A stretch of 53,455 nucleotides of DNA from an uncultured Candidatus Saccharibacteria bacterium (GTDB taxonomy: Bacteria; Patescibacteriota; Minisyncoccia; Phycocordibacterales; JACOZG01): positions 1 through 53,455 of the forward strand of contig CAZJJW010000002.1 in the NCBI GenBank assembly GCA_964546425.1, in the 5' to 3' direction. This document shows positions 1 through 9,362 of this stretch, one piece after another. A program made the position numbers and the translations under genes. Each line of letters opens with the position of its first letter. The stretch's first letter is position 1. Below the pieces are notes generated by a model that was not told where the DNA came from, did no database searches, and saw nothing but the letters and a program-made list of their open reading frames with translations.

Positions 1-1338
1 GTCGGCAAAGACGCCCGCCACCTGGTGGTGTCGGGCTTGATGAGCGCTTTCAAGAAGATTTGGGTTGACGCTTGGTCGGCGCGGATGGAATATATTTTGA
101 GCAATACGTTGTTGGCTCTGCTTGAATATCCGGATGCCACTTTACTCGGTGTCAATCGGATGCTCTCTGACAAAGTTTATCGGCGGAAAGTGGTGGACAA
201 TGTGACTGATCCGGGCGTCCGCACCTTTTGGGTCGAGGAATTTGCCAATTATACCGAACGGATGGCGGCCGAGGCGGTGCCGGCGATTCAGAATAAGGTC
301 GGCCAGTTCACTTCCAACCCGTTGATCCGCAATATGATCGGCCAGCCGAAATCGTCGTTTGATTTTCGCGAGGCGATGGACCAAGGCAAGATTGTTCTCA
401 TCAATCTTTCTAAAGGCCGGATCGGCGAGGTCAACGCCAATCTGCTCGGCTCAATGTTGATTACCAAAATTTATTTGGCGGCGATGTCGCGCGCCAATCT
501 CTCGGTCAAGGAGTTGGCCGCGTCCAAGCCGTTTTACTTCTTCGTGGACGAATTTCAGTCCTTCGCCAATGAGTCCTTCGCCAATATTTTGTCCGAGGCG
601 CGCAAATATAATTTGTCGCTTACCATTGCCCACCAGTACGTTGAGCAGATGTCGGAGGAGGTCCGAGCGGCCGTCTTCGGCAATGTCGGCACGATTTGCG
701 CCTTCCGAGTCGGCCCGTTCGACGCCGAAATCTTCGAAACCATTTTCGGCCCGACATTTATGAAAGAGGATATGGTCAATCTCGGTTTCGCTCAACTTTA
801 TCTCACCTTGATGATTGACGGCGTCGGTTCGCCGCCGTTCTCGGCTAAAACCTTGCCGCCCTTGCCGCCGCCGGCGCAGTCTCACTTAACTAAAATTATT
901 GAGGCCTCGCGCCGGCAGTTCGCGCATCCGCGCCCGCAAGTCGAGGTCGAGATCGCCAAGTGGCATTCCGCCAGAGGCGGACCCGCCTCTGGCGGGGAGA
1001 AATTAACTGCGCCTCCCCCAATTGCGCCGAAAGTTTTGCCGCCCAAGCCGTCCAAACCACCCGAAATTATTGTTCCAGAGAAAGTGGTGATGCCACCGCC
1101 AAAATCAGTTTCTTTAACGGCGCTTAAGAAAACGGTGACCGAGAAGAGTACCGGCAAACACGCCGCGGATCTGAAACAAGTTTTGGAACAAGTTCAGAAA
1201 GAGGTTTCTTCCGGTCTTAATATTAAATCTCGGATCGAGTCGCCGACATCCGATGTTAATCCGCCAGTCGGCGGACCAACATCGGATGTCCAGAAGCCGG
1301 AGGTGCCGGAAGAAATGCTGAAAAAAGTTTTGGGCTAA
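1..1338 (+). CDS. Type IV secretion coupling-protein-like ATPase (TraD/VirD4/TraG family), C-terminal part; 5' end outside window
   Basis: Reading frame is open from nt 1 (the track start at 25 is an internal GTG). Walker-B-like FYFFVDEFQSF is followed by ARKYNLSLTIAHQYVEQ, the layout of the T4CP/TraG-D_C module. The last ~150 aa are Pro/Lys-rich low complexity with a duplicated PTSDV motif. Confidence 0.6.
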   Translation, partial: VGKDARHLVVSGLMSAFKKIWVDAWSARMEYILSNTLLALLEYPDATLLGVNRMLSDKVYRRKVVDNVTDPGVRTFWVEEFANYTERMAAEAVPAIQNKVGQFTSNPLIRNMIGQPKSSFDFREAMDQGKIVLINLSKGRIGEVNANLLGSMLITKIYLAAMSRANLSVKELAASKPFYFFVDEFQSFANESFANILSEARKYNLSLTIAHQYVEQMSEEVRAAVFGNVGTICAFRVGPFDAEIFETIFGPTFMKEDMVNLGFAQLYLTLMIDGVGSPPFSAKTLPPLPPPAQSHLTKIIEASRRQFAHPRPQVEVEIAKWHSARGGPASGGEKLTAPPPIAPKVLPPKPSKPPEIIVPEKVVMPPPKSVSLTALKKTVTEKSTGKHAADLKQVLEQVQKEVSSGLNIKSRIESPTSDVNPPVGGPTSDVQKPEVPEEMLKKVLG

Positions 1339-2402
1339 TGATCAAACCGCGCATTTTAATATTTTCTCTGGCGCCGTTGTCGCTGGTCGGCGGCGCGGAA
1401 ATCGCGGTCAAAGAAATTACTGATCGCCTCGCTAACCAATTTGAATTTGAAATCATTTCGTCCGACGTCAAAAGCTTTTGGTCGAAATATGGTTTTCCGA
1501 TTTGGGCCTGTCGCCGCGCCGCCGCGCTCCACCGCGAGCAGAAATTTGATCTGGTTTGGGCGATTATGGCCAATCAAGCCGGTATGGCGGCGGCGCGGTT
1601 TAAGAAAGAATTTCCCCAAGTTCCTCTTTTGCTCACTTTGCAAGAAGGTGACGATTTAAACAGCTTGGCTTACAGATTAAAGTTGCTCGGGCCGAAATTG
1701 TTCGGCGTTTTTCGGCGGGCTGACCAGATTCAAGCGATCTCTCGTTATTTAGCCGAGTGGGGAAGAACGATGGGTGCAACTTGTCCGATTATTGTTGTGC
1801 CGAATGGGGTTGACTTAAATAAATTCGAAGCACTAAATCCTAAATCCGAAACAATTCCAAAATCCAAAATTATCATAACGACGTCTAGATTGGTTAAAAA
1901 GAACGGCGTTGATATTTTAATCAAAGCGCTCGCTTTTTTGCCCCCCGATGTTAAACTTCAAATCCTGGGGGTGGGGCCGGAAGCGAGAGCCCTCAAAGAC
2001 CTAACAAATTGGCTTAAATTGGCCTCCAGGGTGGCATTTTTGGGCCAGGTAGCCCCGTCCGAGCTGGAGCAGTACCTGACACAGGCCTCGGTTTTTGCCC
2101 GGCCTTCTCGGTCAGAGGGACTCGGCAACTCGTTTCTGGAAGCAATGGCGGTGGGTTTGCCGACCGTGGGTACACCGGTCGGCGGCATCCCAGATTTTCT
2201 CCATGATGGCGAAACTGGTTGGCTGGCCCGAGTTGATGACCCAAAAGACTTAGCCGAAAAAATTAGTTTTATTTTCAATCCGGCCAATCAAGCCGAAGTT
2301 TATCGAATCGCTCAAGCCGGGCAGAAGTTAGCTCGAGAAAATTATAGTTGGGAAACTGTCGTCGCCAAGATTAAAAATATTTTTAATCAATTGATAGTAT
2401 GA
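1338..2402 (+). CDS. Glycosyltransferase, GT4 (GT-B) family
   Basis: ATG overlaps the previous stop (TAATG). C-terminal EX7E-type region SEGLGNSFLEAMAVGLPTVGTPVGGIPDF is typical of Glycos_transf_1. Confidence 0.85.
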   Translation: MIKPRILIFSLAPLSLVGGAEIAVKEITDRLANQFEFEIISSDVKSFWSKYGFPIWACRRAAALHREQKFDLVWAIMANQAGMAAARFKKEFPQVPLLLTLQEGDDLNSLAYRLKLLGPKLFGVFRRADQIQAISRYLAEWGRTMGATCPIIVVPNGVDLNKFEALNPKSETIPKSKIIITTSRLVKKNGVDILIKALAFLPPDVKLQILGVGPEARALKDLTNWLKLASRVAFLGQVAPSELEQYLTQASVFARPSRSEGLGNSFLEAMAVGLPTVGTPVGGIPDFLHDGETGWLARVDDPKDLAEKISFIFNPANQAEVYRIAQAGQKLARENYSWETVVAKIKNIFNQLIV

Positions 2403-3478
2403 AAGTCGCGGTGATTGGTGGCGGGATTTATGGTGTGACGGTGGCGGCGCGCTTGGCTAAGCGCGGTCATGAGGTGGAACTGTTTGAGGAAAAAAATGAT
2501 ATTCTGCAAACCGCTTCCGGTATTAATCAATATCGGTTGCACCGCGGTTATCACTATCCGCGCAGCGCCGAGACGATTGTTTCGTCACTCGCCGCCGAGC
2601 CAACCTTCCGCGCCGAGTACGGCGCGGCGGTGATTGACGCGAACGAGCATTACTATGCCATCGCCAAGGAGAAAAGCTTGATTTCGCGCGACGAGTATTT
2701 GGAGATTTGTAAACGTCACGGCTTGGAACACGAGATTGCCCGGCTTGATCTGCTTGATCACGGCAAATTACAACTTTGTCTCCGGGTCCAGGAGGCGGTG
2801 CTTGACCCGAGCCGCTTGCGCTCAATCTGTTGGCATCGTTTGCGGGAGAGCGGCGTGCGAGTGATTTGCGGCCAGCGGGCCGCGGCTGAAGACGTGGCTG
2901 GGCATGACTATGTTGTCAACTGCACCTACGCCAATTTAAATGCTCTCATGGGTGACCAACCAGAGCGCCAGCGCGATTATCAGTTTGAATTGTGCGAAAA
3001 GCCGGTGGTACGCTTGCCGGCGGCGTTTGCCAAGAAAAGCGTTGTCGTTTTGGATGGGCCGTTCACTTGCATTGATCCGGTCGGTGAGGGTTCTTTGCAT
3101 GTGATGGGCAATGTCGTCCACGCGATTCATTCAACCAACATCGGCAAACATCCAAATATTCCTAATTCTTTTCATAATTTGTTAAATCGGGGTGTGATCA
3201 TCAAACCGACAATTACTAATTTCAACAAATTTATGGAAACGGCAACTTACTTCATGCCGGCCATCAAAGATGCCGAGCATATCGGTTCGATGTTTACCGT
3301 TAGAACTGTTTTGCCCAATGTGGAGCAAACCGATACCCGCCCGACGCTGGTCGACGCCATTAACCATCGTCTGATCAACGTCTTCTCCGGCAAAATCGGC
3401 AACTGCGTTCTGGCGGCCGACCGCGTGGCGGAATTGATTGAAAGTCGGGCTACTGTTTTATCATCTGCAAAAGTTTGA
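2399..3478 (+). CDS. FAD/NAD(P)-binding oxidoreductase (DAO-like)
   Basis: N-terminal dinucleotide fingerprint MKVAVIGGGIYGVTVAARLAKRGHEVELFE. 4-nt ATGA overlap with the upstream GT. Confidence 0.7.
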   Translation: MKVAVIGGGIYGVTVAARLAKRGHEVELFEEKNDILQTASGINQYRLHRGYHYPRSAETIVSSLAAEPTFRAEYGAAVIDANEHYYAIAKEKSLISRDEYLEICKRHGLEHEIARLDLLDHGKLQLCLRVQEAVLDPSRLRSICWHRLRESGVRVICGQRAAAEDVAGHDYVVNCTYANLNALMGDQPERQRDYQFELCEKPVVRLPAAFAKKSVVVLDGPFTCIDPVGEGSLHVMGNVVHAIHSTNIGKHPNIPNSFHNLLNRGVIIKPTITNFNKFMETATYFMPAIKDAEHIGSMFTVRTVLPNVEQTDTRPTLVDAINHRLINVFSGKIGNCVLAADRVAELIESRATVLSSAKV

Positions 3479-4286
3479 CCACCTCAAGGCCGAGGTCGCC
3501 GGTGTTGCGGAGCGGAGTAATCGACCCCGAGGGTCGATTAGAGATGGCGTCTAGGAAGGCGGCGCATTCGCGTTCGAGGGAGGTGATTTCAGATTGATAG
3601 ATGAGCTCATAGCCATCTGGCCCTAATTTAAATAATTGATCATCTTGCCACCAGAGTGTTTGGGTTTTGGTTTTTATCATGACCGATTTATTTTTAAACG
3701 GTGCGACGCGATTGAGGTAGAAGTTAGCTTTTTTCCCATCAGCAAATTCGGCCACGCCTTCAAAAATGTCTGACTCACTACGAACAGGTTTTAAATGTTC
3801 TGGTTGGCCCATCAGATACAGCATGATCGCCAAGTCGTGGACCAATAAATTAAAATGGATATTTTCAACAAAGGTACCGTACTTATACCAGGCAAATTCA
3901 AGGTTGGTAATTTTTTCGCGGACCGTGAGTTCTATAATTTTGTCGAGCACGGGGTGATACAAAAAAACATGACCGACGGCGAGGATTAATTTTTTCTCTT
4001 GGGCGAGTCTGACCAGTTCGGCTGCTTGCTCGGTCGATTCGGCCAGTGGCTTCTCAACCAAAACATGTTTACCGGCTTCGAGGGCCTGTTTGGCGAGCGC
4101 ATAATGAGTGGCAATCGGCGTGGCAATCACCACCGCTTGAATTTCTGGTTGGCTCAAAATGTTCTCGTAGCTCGGTGGGCCGTGGTGAGGAACTGGAGCA
4201 ACTTCGCTGATTTTCTCAAATTCCCGCAGCAAATTCTGGCCCCAGCGACCGAGACCCACCATTGCAATTTTCGGTTTTTGATGCAT
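3450..4286 (-). CDS. Gfo/Idh/MocA-family NAD(P)-dependent sugar oxidoreductase
   Basis: KIAMVGLGRWGQNLL Rossmann start and VLVEKPLAES (EKP motif). Start placed at ATG 4286 (MHQKPKIAMVGLG); the ORF stays open to 4322. The 3' end overlaps the convergent gene by 29 nt. Confidence 0.75.
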   Translation of the reverse strand: MHQKPKIAMVGLGRWGQNLLREFEKISEVAPVPHHGPPSYENILSQPEIQAVVIATPIATHYALAKQALEAGKHVLVEKPLAESTEQAAELVRLAQEKKLILAVGHVFLYHPVLDKIIELTVREKITNLEFAWYKYGTFVENIHFNLLVHDLAIMLYLMGQPEHLKPVRSESDIFEGVAEFADGKKANFYLNRVAPFKNKSVMIKTKTQTLWWQDDQLFKLGPDGYELIYQSEITSLERECAAFLDAISNRPSGSITPLRNTGDLGLEVVKLLQMIKQ

Positions 4287-4302
4287 AATGACAGTATATT
4301 CG

Positions 4303-5436
4303 ATGAAAGTGATTTTAGCCACCGGTATTTTCTACCCGGACGTGGGCGGTCCGGCCATTCACGTCCGCCGGATTGCCGAGGCGCTTAAGGCGGTCGGCTA
4401 CGCGCCGGTGGTAATTGCTTACGGTGATAGTACAGAATCAAATAAATTTACTTTCCCCATCCATCGCATTTCGCGCCACTCTGGCAAAGTGGGACGCTGG
4501 CTCCATTATTTTTTAAAAACTCTGAAACTCGCCGCCGGCGCTGATGTAATTTATGCCTTTGACATCAGCGCCGCCGGCCTGCCGGCCTTTTTGGCGGCCA
4601 AATTATTCCGGAAAAAATTTGTAGTTAGAATTGGTGGGGACCCGATTTGGGAGCGAGTGGTTGAAAACGGCGCGCGTTTTCTATCGCTTGAAGATTATTA
4701 CGAGCAAGGTTTGTATCGGGTTGACCGGCCGTGGCTCTATCGCTTGATCCGGTTTATCTTGCGCTACACCGACGCGACGGTATTCTACAATCAGATGTTC
4801 CGCGAGTTCTACATTAAGTATTATGGGCTAGCGGCGGAGAAGATTACCGTGATTCCTAATCCGATCTCGGCGCGGGCGCAGACTAATCCGCAGCTACCGG
4901 CAGAGCCGACCATACTCTTCGCTGGTCGTTTCGTTGCTTACAAAAATTTGCCCCTGGTGCTTCGGGTCTTCAAACGAGTTCACGAGCGTTTACCACAGAG
5001 CCGCTTATTGCTGATTGGTCACGGTCCGGATCGAGACAGTTTAACCCGACAAATTGTTGAAGCGGGAGCCGATTCTTACATCACCCTGATGGATTCGATG
5101 CCGCAAGAAAAGTTATTTAAGTTGATTGCCGAGTCAGCAATCGTCATCGGCCCCGCCTTGAGTGAGTTTAATCCCAATTCGATTCTTGAGGCCTTGTCGT
5201 TTGGCAAACCGGTGCTTTTGAGTCGCGGTCATGGTTTGACGGTTGCCCTGCCGCCGGAGTTTGAATTTGATCCCAAAAATGAGGCAGAACTGGAGCAAAA
5301 ACTGCTCTGGTTTTTGAATGAAGCCAATTATCGCCGAGCGGTGGAATTGGTCGAGCAGTTGCCGCAATCCCAAACTTGGGAGAAGGTTACCGCCGCGCAT
5401 CTCGATCTACTTAAATCACTAGTCAGACAGCTATGA
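4303..5436 (+). CDS. Glycosyltransferase, GT4 family
   Basis: MKVILATGIFYPDVGGPAIHV N-terminus and C-terminal ILEALSFGKPVLLS region. Alternative ATG at 4288. Confidence 0.8.
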   Translation: MKVILATGIFYPDVGGPAIHVRRIAEALKAVGYAPVVIAYGDSTESNKFTFPIHRISRHSGKVGRWLHYFLKTLKLAAGADVIYAFDISAAGLPAFLAAKLFRKKFVVRIGGDPIWERVVENGARFLSLEDYYEQGLYRVDRPWLYRLIRFILRYTDATVFYNQMFREFYIKYYGLAAEKITVIPNPISARAQTNPQLPAEPTILFAGRFVAYKNLPLVLRVFKRVHERLPQSRLLLIGHGPDRDSLTRQIVEAGADSYITLMDSMPQEKLFKLIAESAIVIGPALSEFNPNSILEALSFGKPVLLSRGHGLTVALPPEFEFDPKNEAELEQKLLWFLNEANYRRAVELVEQLPQSQTWEKVTAAHLDLLKSLVRQL

Positions 5437-6350
5437 AAGTTTTGATGCTCTCCACTGATCGGAAAATATTTGAGCCGGCGAGTGAAGTTAAAGCCCGGAT
5501 GGTTAATTATGCGAGCGAATTAGAAGAATTATTCATCGTCGTTTTGGGTGTCAAGCAACCGTTGCGAACGGAAGGGAAACTTAAATATCTTGGCCTAATT
5601 CGCTGGCAGGCTTTCTGGTGGCGACCGACAGAAAAGTTTGATCTGGTCACCAGTCAAGATCCGTTTGAAACCGGGGTGATTGCCCGCCGATTGGCGAAGA
5701 TTGTTGACGCCAAGTTGGAGTTGCAAATCCACACGGATTTCCTGAGCCCGTATTTTGCGGGGCAGTCTATTGTAAATTGGGTTAGAGTCCGGATCGCCGA
5801 ATGGCTCTTACCCAAAGCTGACAAAATCCGAGTCGTGAGCCAAAGAATTAAAAATTCTCTAATTTCCAATCTCCAACTTCCAATTTCTAAAATCGAAGTC
5901 CGGCCGATTGCAATTGATTTAGAAAAAATAAAAACCGCCACAATTACCGTTGACCTTCATAAAAAATATCCGCAATTTAAGAAAATTATTTTGATGGCTT
6001 CCCGTTTGGAGCCGGAGAAAAATGTTAAACTGGCAGTGGCAGCAATGAAGTTGCTTAAAGAAAATTATGGTTTAGTGATTGTTGGTTCCGGCAGTCAAAA
6101 AATCCCAAGTTTACCAAATGTAATCTTAGAATCGTGGCAGGACAAAAAAACCCTCTTTTCTTATTACAAAACGGCCGATCTTTTCCTGCTGACCTCGTGG
6201 TACGAGGGCTATGGTTTGGTTTTGGCCGAGGCGCACGCCGCTGGTTGTCCGCTTGTCTCAACCGATGTTGGAGTGGCGCGAGAAGTTGGAGCGACGATTA
6301 CGCCTGATGACCCGGCCGCGCTCGCCAAGATTATTTTGTCTAAATTATGA
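5433..6350 (+). CDS. Glycosyltransferase, GT4 family
   Basis: ATGA overlap with the upstream gene. C-terminal LLTSWYEGYGLVLAEAHAAGCPLVSTDVG (EX7E region). Confidence 0.8.
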   Translation: MKVLMLSTDRKIFEPASEVKARMVNYASELEELFIVVLGVKQPLRTEGKLKYLGLIRWQAFWWRPTEKFDLVTSQDPFETGVIARRLAKIVDAKLELQIHTDFLSPYFAGQSIVNWVRVRIAEWLLPKADKIRVVSQRIKNSLISNLQLPISKIEVRPIAIDLEKIKTATITVDLHKKYPQFKKIILMASRLEPEKNVKLAVAAMKLLKENYGLVIVGSGSQKIPSLPNVILESWQDKKTLFSYYKTADLFLLTSWYEGYGLVLAEAHAAGCPLVSTDVGVAREVGATITPDDPAALAKIILSKL

Positions 6351-7363
6351 AATTGTTGTTCATTACCCAAAAAGTTAATCGTGACGACCCGGGGCTCGGA
6401 TTTTTCCACCGCTGGATTGAGGAATTTGCTAAGCACTTTGAATTTATTACGGTGATTTGCCTCGAGCAGGGAGAATTTGATTTGCCCGCGAACGTGAAAG
6501 TTTTGTCTCTCGGTAAGGAAAAAGGGCGATCGCGCTTGAAGTATTTATTTAATTTTTACAAATACATTTGGCAAGAGCGGAAAAATTATGACGCGGTCTT
6601 TGTGCACATGAATCAAGAATATGTTCTGCTCGCTGGCTGGCTTTGGCGACTGTGGCGCAAGCGGGTAACGATGTGGCGCAATCACCATTCTGGTAATTGG
6701 CTGACTGATCTGGCCGCGTTTTGGTGTGATAAGGTTTTTTGCACTTCTAGATATTCTTACACGGCGAAATACAAAAAAACGGTACTCATGCCCGTGGGCA
6801 TTGACACCGCGCTTTTCAAACCCGACCCAAGTGTCCAAAAAATTCCCAACTCCATTTTGTTTTTAGCGCGCATGTCGCCAGTCAAGAAGCCGCATGTTTT
6901 AATTGAAGCGTTAAAAATTTTGCAGGAGCAAAAAATAAATTTCACCGCCAGTTTTTACGGTGACGCTCCGGCTCAAGATCAGAATTATTACCAGACGCTC
7001 AAGACCAATTCAATCCCACAAATTTCATTTCACCCCGGTATTCCAAACCGCAACACCGTCAAGATTTATAACGTGCATGCCATTTGTGTTAATTTGAGCT
7101 CGAGCGGCATGTATGATAAAACTATTTTCGAAGCGATGGCCTGTGGTTGTCTTATCCTCGCCAGCAACGATAATTTAAAGGGTCAAATTGATGACCGGCT
7201 GATTATTATAAACCGAGAAGCGGTTGAAGTCGCAGAAAAATTAAAGATTATCCTATTTTTACCGGAGCCGGAAAAGGCCAAGTTGGTTGCTCAAAATATT
7301 GAGTTTGCGAAAGCACACAGCTTGGCCGCTCTCGGAATTAAACTGGCCCATGAACTTGCTTAA
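6347..7363 (+). CDS. Glycosyltransferase (GT-B, GT1/GT4-like)
   Basis: ATGA overlap with the upstream gene. C-terminal IFEAMACGCLILASNDN motif region. The N-terminal half is divergent. Confidence 0.7.
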   Translation: MKLLFITQKVNRDDPGLGFFHRWIEEFAKHFEFITVICLEQGEFDLPANVKVLSLGKEKGRSRLKYLFNFYKYIWQERKNYDAVFVHMNQEYVLLAGWLWRLWRKRVTMWRNHHSGNWLTDLAAFWCDKVFCTSRYSYTAKYKKTVLMPVGIDTALFKPDPSVQKIPNSILFLARMSPVKKPHVLIEALKILQEQKINFTASFYGDAPAQDQNYYQTLKTNSIPQISFHPGIPNRNTVKIYNVHAICVNLSSSGMYDKTIFEAMACGCLILASNDNLKGQIDDRLIIINREAVEVAEKLKIILFLPEPEKAKLVAQNIEFAKAHSLAALGIKLAHELA

Positions 7364-7751
7364 GCACAAAGCAACAAAGTATCTTATTTCCGGCGGCGCG
7401 GCCACGGCGGTCAATTTAGGCACCGTCTACGTGCTCACCGACTGGTTCTCCGTTTATTATCTCATCTCGTCGGTGGTCGGTTTTGTCCTGGCGATTTGCG
7501 TCAGTTTCACCCTACAAAAATTCTGGACCTTTGAAAACCATTCTCGAGATTTTATTCACTGGCAGGCGCTTATTTTTCTAACCACGGCGCTAACGGGTCT
7601 CATGCTGAATACGATTTTGGTCTACTCACTGGTGCAATACTTAAGTCAGCATTATTTACTAGCCCAAATTTTAAGCGGGGTAGTCATTGCGATCCTGAAT
7701 TTTTTCACCTACCAAAAATTGATTTTCCGTTCAACTATTAAACTGCCATGA
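7350..7751 (+). CDS. GtrA-family small membrane protein (polyprenyl-phosphate-sugar handling)
   Basis: Start moved to ATG 7350 (MNLLKHKATKYLISGGAATAVNLGTVYVLTDWF), 14-nt overlap with the upstream gene. About 133 aa with four hydrophobic helices, typical of GtrA. Confidence 0.75.
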   Translation: MNLLKHKATKYLISGGAATAVNLGTVYVLTDWFSVYYLISSVVGFVLAICVSFTLQKFWTFENHSRDFIHWQALIFLTTALTGLMLNTILVYSLVQYLSQHYLLAQILSGVVIAILNFFTYQKLIFRSTIKLP

Positions 7752-9352
7752 AAAATAAATTTGCCCTAATTATTTTACTCGCCATCTTTCTTTTACTGCG
7801 CTTGCCCGGCTTGTCGTTGCCCTATCATCAGGATGAGTGGAAGAATGTTCACGCCGCCGAATTGGGTGGTGCGGCGACGAGTGGTCTCTACCATCCGCCC
7901 TTAACCCAACTTTTACTCAAAGCCGGCGTCGCCGTTTTCGGCGCTGATCACTTGCGCCTCCTGCCGCTTTTCTTCTCGGTCATTGCCGCTTGGCTGTTGT
8001 TTGAAGTGATGCGCCGCCGCGCCAGCGACCACGCGGCCTGGTTGGCGGTTTTCCTCTACGCCATATCTTTTTACGGCGTGTGGTCGTCACTCCAGATTGA
8101 TACCGACGGGGCGATCTTGCCCGTTTTTTTCCTCCTGGCCGTTTATCTCTACGATCGCCAATGGTGGTGGTTAACCGGCTTGGCGCTACTCGCTGGCCTC
8201 TTAGTCAAACTAAGTTTTATTTTGGTCGTTGGGGCTCTGTTAATTGATTTTTTGTTGACTCATCGCCAGGCCCTGACCAAAAAACGCTCATTTTACATTT
8301 TTTCTGCTTCTATCACATTCTTTATTTTGTTCGCGGCCGCGGTTTTTATCGTCCAGCGAATTTATCCCGCTTTTAGTATTGAAGGCATGATCGCCCATGC
8401 CCGGTCGTTTGCTCACCTGTCCGGTCGCAATTATATCCAAGTTGTGGCCCAAGCGATTAAGGCAATCTTTTATCTCTCGCCCTTATTACTTCTTCCGTTG
8501 CTTTTTATCTCTCGCGAGATTTTCAAGCAGACCAGAATTTTCTTTATTTATCTAGCGCTTGGTTTCGTATTCTATTTTATTCTGTTTGATTTCTCGGCTG
8601 GAGCGCTCGACAAATATCTGATGTTCACCATTATTCCCCTGGCCGCAATTTCCGGAGCTGTCATCAGCCAGATTAAGTGGACCAAGAAAACAGTTATTCT
8701 CGGAGTAGTTTCGGCTATTGCGTTGTTTGCTTTGAACTTTCTCGCGCCCGTCGTGTTACCACTTTATCCTAAAACTGATTGGTTTGGGCGCGTGCTCCAC
8801 GGCGAGTGGAATTTTCTCAACCCGTTCAATGGCGGCTCCGGGCCGACCGGTTTCTATGTCTCGTTTTTGTTTATTGCCGCTGTTTTTATTTTCAGCACTA
8901 TCGTAGCTCTAGCCGGTTCTCTTAAGAAAGATTGGCGGCCGATTACGCTGGCGATATTAGTAATTATCGGCTTGGTGTATAACGGTGTCATGGCCGAAGA
9001 ACTTATGTTTGGCAAAATCAATGGTAGCGCGCCGCGCGCTTTGCGCGCGGCGCTTGACTTCATCGCAGATAATCCAAACGTCAAACCAGTCTTAACTTAT
9101 AACGACATTGGCGCTTATGAATTATCCAAATTAGGCAAATACGTTGGCCGTTTCTACGCCGCGCCGCAGTTCGAGGCCGAACATCGGCAACGTTTCGCCG
9201 CCCACACCGGCGATTTCTTGGTCGTGGACATGCCGCACATTAACCAAGACAGCTTCTATACAGAATTTTTCTCAAAATGTGATGTCATTTTCGAGACCGA
9301 ATCCAACGTTATCCCAACCAAAATTTACTCATGTTCCATCAACAAAAAATAG
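7748..9352 (+). CDS. GT-C fold membrane glycosyltransferase (GT39/ArnT/PMT-like)
   Basis: 534 aa with more than 10 predicted TM helices. First loop carries HQDEW (DE motif as in ArnT/PMT enzymes). ATGA overlap with gtrA-like gene. Confidence 0.65.
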   Translation: MKNKFALIILLAIFLLLRLPGLSLPYHQDEWKNVHAAELGGAATSGLYHPPLTQLLLKAGVAVFGADHLRLLPLFFSVIAAWLLFEVMRRRASDHAAWLAVFLYAISFYGVWSSLQIDTDGAILPVFFLLAVYLYDRQWWWLTGLALLAGLLVKLSFILVVGALLIDFLLTHRQALTKKRSFYIFSASITFFILFAAAVFIVQRIYPAFSIEGMIAHARSFAHLSGRNYIQVVAQAIKAIFYLSPLLLLPLLFISREIFKQTRIFFIYLALGFVFYFILFDFSAGALDKYLMFTIIPLAAISGAVISQIKWTKKTVILGVVSAIALFALNFLAPVVLPLYPKTDWFGRVLHGEWNFLNPFNGGSGPTGFYVSFLFIAAVFIFSTIVALAGSLKKDWRPITLAILVIIGLVYNGVMAEELMFGKINGSAPRALRAALDFIADNPNVKPVLTYNDIGAYELSKLGKYVGRFYAAPQFEAEHRQRFAAHTGDFLVVDMPHINQDSFYTEFFSKCDVIFETESNVIPTKIYSCSINKK

Positions 9353-9362
9353 TATAAATTTT

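Noticed and set aside
1800-1880. Short near-repeats (aaatcc units here, tccaa units at 5861-5900) as possible tandem repeats or CRISPR-like elements
   Set aside because: They are only 2-4 imperfect copies inside well-supported glycosyltransferase coding sequence. No CRISPR array (repeat-spacer periodicity) is visible anywhere in the window.
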